Source of the DNA: Myxococcota bacterium
GTDB taxonomy: Bacteria; Myxococcota_A; UBA9160; UBA6930
NCBI GenBank assembly: GCA_965223415.1
Contig: OZ245002.1
Coordinates: forward strand, 960,001 to 1,024,000
Direction of reading: 5' to 3'
DNA: 64,000 nucleotides
Shown: positions 61,091 through 64,000 of the stretch, in pieces
Numbering within the stretch: the first letter of the stretch is position 1
Layout of the letters: every line of letters begins with the position of its first letter
Made by a program: the position numbers and the translations under genes
Notes under the pieces: model-generated
Told to the model about the DNA's origin: nothing
Databases searched by the model: none
Seen by the model: only the letters and a program-made list of their open reading frames with translations

Positions 61091-64000
61091 TCAACGCGAC
61101 AAGGGTGTGGCGTTCAGGAACGTCCCCAGTATTGCGTTCAGGCGGTCGAAGAGGGTGGGGAGGATGGTGGGAGCGTCGGCTTCGGTAAGGGCGGTGAGGA
61201 GCTCGGCGAGGAGGGGCTGGGCGACATCGGGGCGGCCGCGGCGCAGCAGGCGCAGGGGGGTGCGCAGGCCTTGCTGGAGCTGGCGCTTGAGGGCGCGCTC
61301 CTCGACGGTGCCCTTCCAGACCTGGATATCCCGGTCCAGGGCCTCGAGCTCCCAGGCGAGGGCGGAGCCGGGCTCGGGGCGTGGCGCCAGGGGCGACACG
61401 CCGGAGTGCAGGTTCTGGGTGTTGCGGCGATCGCGGCCGAAGCCCTGCCAGGGGATGGCGGCCTCGGTGGCGGCGGCGGGGGTGTCCCACACGTAGAGGT
61501 TACCCTCCCGGGTCGCGGCGACGACTTCGATCCGGCCGTCGCCGTCCACGTCGCCGGCGGTCGGCGAGGCGATGATCCAGCCGTGGGTGAACTTCGGGAA
61601 GCCGGCGGGCTGGCTGCCGTCGGAGCGGTACGCCCGCAGCAGGTAGGCACCGCTGCCTTGCAGCACCTCGGCACGGCCGTCGCCGTCCACGTCCGCCAGG
61701 GCCGGCGAGGTGATGAACATCAGGTCGTCCATCACGGCGGGAAAGGCCGGCAGCACCTCACCGGTCGTCGTGTCCCAGGCCGTGACCTGGTGATCGCCCG
61801 GCGTCTGGAGCGCGGGCGCCGCCGTGTCGAAGAGCTTGCGGAGCCCGACCGTCGGTGCCGCGAACTCCGGGCGCCCGTCCCCGCTAAGGTCCCCGAAGAC
61901 ACCGGAGCCGACGGCGGCGAGGAACGGCGCGTCTCCCGAGCCCGCTGTCGCGGGCACCACGGGGAAGCCGGCGGGCAGGAAGTCCTGGGCGAAGGCGCGA
62001 GGAAGGCCGCCGAACTCGCCGAGACGCGGCAGGGCGTCCGGCCCCCAGAGCATCGCCGGCCCGGCCGTCGCGAAGAGCGCCGTCGAGGCACGGCCGTCGC
62101 CGTCGAGCTCGGCCATGGCCGGCGAACCCGGCGCGCCGGTGCCGACCGTGGGCAGCAGACCGGGTGTCAGCAGGGGGACCCGCACCGGCCAGCCCGGCAC
62201 GAAGGGCCCGCCGGGGCTACGCGTCCCTTCGGCGCGCACCGCGTAGAGCCGGCTCGACACGTCGAACTCGAGGCCCGCATCGAGAACCGAGAGCACCTGG
62301 ATCAGCAGGGTCTCCCGGGCGAAGCCGTCCGGCTCGCCCTCGTACTCCTCGTTGCTCGGAACCAGGATCTCGTCCCGTCCGTCGCCGTCCAGGTCGCCGA
62401 CCGCCGGCGAGCCCATCAGCTTGGCGCCGCGCTCGCGTACGCCTGCGGCCCGGGGCGTGGCGCGGCCGGTCGCCGGATCGACGTCGACGCGGCTGCGGTC
62501 GGCGATGCGCACCGGGAAGCCGTCGACCGGCTCGCCGCTGGCCCGCCACGCGTAGAGGTGACCGTCCATCGCCGCGATCACGATCTCGAGCGCCGGCTCG
62601 GCCCCGGGCGCGTCCAGGTCGACGAGAGTCGGCGCCGCGAAGATCCCAGGATCCGTGTCGTTCAGCACGTCGCGCTGGGCCGGATCCGAGAGGGCCGGAT
62701 CCGTCGACACCGGAAAGCCGCGCCGCAGGTCGCCGTGATCGTCGAACACGTAGACGCGTCCCTCGACCGACGCCACCACCACCTCGACCCGCCCGTCGCC
62801 ATCCAGGTCGTCGGCGGCGGTCGCCGCGAGGATCGCCTCGTGGGGCACCGGCACCTCGCCGCTCGTGTACGCGTGGCTGCGGTGCACGGGCAGGCGGCGC
62901 GTGCGCACCGGGAAGCCGGACAGCTCGGCCCCCGTGTCGCCCCGCCAGGCATGGACGGAGCCGTCGGCGGTGCCGTAGACGATGTCGAGCACGCCGTCCC
63001 GGTTCAGGTCCGCGAGGGCTGGCGAGCCTTCGGCCGAGCTATCGAGGGCGAGGGGCGGCCGGGCGAGGCTGGGATCGCTGTGCACCGCGACGGTGCGCCG
63101 ATCCTCGCCGACGAGCCCGTTGCGATCCGTGACCCGCAGCCGCAGCGTCACCGTGTGATCGTCCGGCGCGCTCACGACGGCCGAAGGATCGAAGCCGCAG
63201 GCGGCCGCCGTCTCCGCCGGCCGCCACGTTCCGAGCGGCGCCGTTCGCAGCGGCGTGTCCGACCGGTCCCTCGCGATCTCCGTGAAGCTCCCCGGCTGCA
63301 CGCCGCAGCCGACCTCGACCACGAGCTCGAAACTCCCGCCGACCCGCACCGCGCCGGCGGATCCCACGACGACCACCTCGGGCCGTTGGAGCGGATCGAC
63401 CGTGTCGAACCAGCGCAGGCCGCCGGAAAGGTCCGCTTCCGGCGGGATGTCGGTCGCGTCGATCGCGACCAGCCGGCCGGCGTCCGGCTTTCCGTAGCCG
63501 GTGAACTGGTCCCAGCCGGCCTGGGTGGCGTAGCGCTGGGAGCCGAAGAAGAGGCCGGCGGCGACGGACGAGAGCGCGGTCTGAAAGAGCGAGTCCATCG
63601 ACAGGTCGAAGAGATCGTGGCTGTGGTCGACGTCCAGCGCCGAGCGGCGCAGGAGCTGGCGGATCTCCTCCGCCGAGAAAGGCGTGCGGTCGGTCAGCCC
63701 CGGATAGGGACGCAGCCGCCCCGCCTCGACCAGGTTCCGTCCGCGCGAGACCAGCAGCGCCGCCAGCCCTGCGCCCCGGCCCGTCGCTTCCGAGCTGCAT
63801 GAGTTCGAGGAGACGGCCACCCAGGCCCGCCCGCCGAAGTTCGTGCAGCCGTTCAGCAGGTCGTACTCCTGCTCCTGCTCGACCAGGTCGCCATCGCCAT
63901 GAACGATCGAGTTCAGCCAGATCGTGTGGTCGAGGACCGCCGGGAAGTTGTGGTGGCGGCTCGACTCGTCGGCCGCGCTGGCCATCACCGGCACGCCGCG
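61091..64000 (-). CDS. Large FG-GAP/VCBS-repeat protein with a divergent S8-peptidase-like region (5' end outside the window)
   Basis: Many SPA(L/V)(A/G)D(L/V)DGDG repeats; ASAADE, SCSSEATG..AG.AALL, GWDQFTGYG. Confidence 0.8.
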   Translation of the reverse strand, partial: RGVPVMASAADESSRHHNFPAVLDHTIWLNSIVHGDGDLVEQEQEYDLLNGCTNFGGRAWVAVSSNSCSSEATGRGAGLAALLVSRGRNLVEAGRLRPYPGLTDRTPFSAEEIRQLLRRSALDVDHSHDLFDLSMDSLFQTALSSVAAGLFFGSQRYATQAGWDQFTGYGKPDAGRLVAIDATDIPPEADLSGGLRWFDTVDPLQRPEVVVVGSAGAVRVGGSFELVVEVGCGVQPGSFTEIARDRSDTPLRTAPLGTWRPAETAAACGFDPSAVVSAPDDHTVTLRLRVTDRNGLVGEDRRTVAVHSDPSLARPPLALDSSAEGSPALADLNRDGVLDIVYGTADGSVHAWRGDTGAELSGFPVRTRRLPVHRSHAYTSGEVPVPHEAILAATAADDLDGDGRVEVVVASVEGRVYVFDDHGDLRRGFPVSTDPALSDPAQRDVLNDTDPGIFAAPTLVDLDAPGAEPALEIVIAAMDGHLYAWRASGEPVDGFPVRIADRSRVDVDPATGRATPRAAGVRERGAKLMGSPAVGDLDGDGRDEILVPSNEEYEGEPDGFARETLLIQVLSVLDAGLEFDVSSRLYAVRAEGTRSPGGPFVPGWPVRVPLLTPGLLPTVGTGAPGSPAMAELDGDGRASTALFATAGPAMLWGPDALPRLGEFGGLPRAFAQDFLPAGFPVVPATAGSGDAPFLAAVGSGVFGDLSGDGRPEFAAPTVGLRKLFDTAAPALQTPGDHQVTAWDTTTGEVLPAFPAVMDDLMFITSPALADVDGDGRAEVLQGSGAYLLRAYRSDGSQPAGFPKFTHGWIIASPTAGDVDGDGRIEVVAATREGNLYVWDTPAAATEAAIPWQGFGRDRRNTQNLHSGVSPLAPRPEPGSALAWELEALDRDIQVWKGTVEERALKRQLQQGLRTPLRLLRRGRPDVAQPLLAELLTALTEADAPTILPTLFDRLNAILGTFLNATPLSR

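Overview
A very GC-rich bacterial chromosomal segment. The gene content (vWA and PEGA proteins, a multiheme-TPR lipoprotein, many lipid enzymes) suggests a Myxococcota/deltaproteobacteria-like organism; this is inference only. Most of the roughly 50 genes serve lipid and xenobiotic metabolism: P450, thioesterase, two amidases, sulfotransferase, alkyl sulfatase, four WS/DGAT paralogues, thiolase, LLM and F420-type oxidoreductases, a BVMO and esterases. There are two intact IS elements (IS630 and IS1380 families), both inserted at CTAG, and many decayed gene remnants. Four observations stand out. (1) A eukaryote-type bifunctional 6-phosphofructo-2-kinase/fructose-2,6-bisphosphatase (22086-23327) lies head-to-head with a PPi-dependent phosphofructokinase, a candidate bacterial fructose-2,6-bisphosphate signalling module. 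(2) Immediately downstream is an orphan MamK-like actin operon with a coiled-coil partner and a membrane-anchored ExeA-like ATPase/PEGA protein; no other magnetosome genes are recognisable in the window. (3) A three-gene cluster encodes a ligand-complete and a ligand-less ferritin-like paralogue plus a small SCP2-like protein. (4) A selenocysteine glutathione peroxidase with an fdhF-like SECIS is split in two by the ORF track. Several large palindromic or structured intergenic elements and a 42-bp motif shared by two lipid loci were also found. No rRNA, tRNA or CRISPR array was seen. All family assignments come from motif recognition by eye; no database searches were run.
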